Notes under the pieces: generated by a model
Told to the model about the DNA's origin: nothing
The model's database searches: none
Seen by the model: the letters and a program-made list of their open reading frames with translations, nothing else
Source of the DNA: Naegleria gruberi
Taxonomy: Eukaryota
Assembly: GCA_000004985.1 (NCBI GenBank)
Contig: GG738868.1
Direction: 5' to 3' (one strand)
DNA: 64,000 nucleotides
Translations under genes and position numbers: made by a program
In this document: positions 63,830 to 64,000 of the stretch, one piece after another
Layout of the letters: every line of letters begins with the position of its first letter
How positions within the stretch are numbered: the stretch's first letter is position 1

Positions 63830-64000
63830 ACACTATAGTGTTCGGGTAGAGTATCTATTATTATTTTCCCTACAAAATCAAACAACAACAACTTCTTGAT
63901 GAGTCAATATAGACGATAATTGTCGGACAAATGGTTAAACACACAATCAGCAGCTACGTGTGATTTTTGTGAAGAGAGGGTTTGATGAGTTTTTTCTGTT

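Noticed and set aside
1-64000. ORF-table 'M' starts taken at face value (for example 11456, 23102, 25630..26544 end, 44379, 49278, 55647, 57553, 6283..7185 end, 60491)
   Set aside because: Inspection shows these codons are TTG or GTG, which are not expected initiators in a eukaryotic nuclear gene. Starts were moved to the first in-frame ATG with sensible N-terminal features, or flagged as unresolved.
1-64000. Prokaryote-style features (operons, CRISPR arrays, rho-independent terminators, Shine-Dalgarno sites, insertion sequences)
   Set aside because: None is visible. Genes are individually oriented with introns, intergenic regions are AT-rich without inverted-repeat terminators, and no direct-repeat or spacer arrays exist. 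The only tandem repeats are the 24-nt pair at 26737-26792 and an intronic duplication.

Overview
This window is AT-rich (roughly 65% A+T by eye) eukaryotic nuclear DNA, dense in protein-coding genes on both strands. Genes have spliceosomal introns with donors GTAAGT, GTATGT, GTACGT, GTGAGT and GTAATT, plus two apparent GTATC donors. Introns fall into a roughly 100-200 nt class and a very short 37-49 nt class. Three nuclear-type tRNA genes are present: tRNA-Thr(AGU), tRNA-Asp(GUC), and tRNA-Tyr(GUA) with a 14-nt intron after the anticodon.

Several things suggest an amoebozoan or slime-mould-like protist: poly-Q/poly-N tracts, a heterotrimeric G-protein toolkit (G-alpha, two 7TM receptors, one of them a 7TM-RGS fusion), and many Sel1, MORN, DUF4116, kelch/BTB and F-box repeat proteins. 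I cannot assign a species from the sequence alone, and there is no sign of prokaryotic or viral organisation.

I recognise about 40 genes by conserved motifs. The ones named here are a phospholipid scramblase, a G-alpha subunit (4 exons), an SLC6 transporter, a GNAT acetyltransferase, a DUF1295 membrane protein, an FKBP, an ABC1/ADCK kinase, an archaemetzincin, a TLDc protein, a PQ-loop transporter, an RCC1-repeat protein, a lipin/Pah1 phosphatidate phosphatase, a tandem-CH-domain actin-binding protein, a DUF1963 protein, and a flavin-reductase-like protein.

Two caveats on the supplied ORF table. Many of its 'M' starts are GTG or TTG codons, so I moved starts to the first plausible ATG where I could. 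Several true genes are split across table ORFs by short introns; I rebuilt the gene models from splice signals and reading-frame phase by eye, so splice coordinates are accurate only to about 1-2 nt.

The most unusual content is two genes for secreted, extremely basic Lys/Arg/Ala-rich proteins. One (16468-18339) is fused to a von Willebrand D (VWD)-like domain carrying a GDPH motif. The other (47831-49064) is almost pure K/R with regularly spaced cysteines. Both use a strongly biased codon set (AAG, AGA, GCT, GTT/GTC, TTG) that differs from neighbouring genes, and I cannot place either in a described family.
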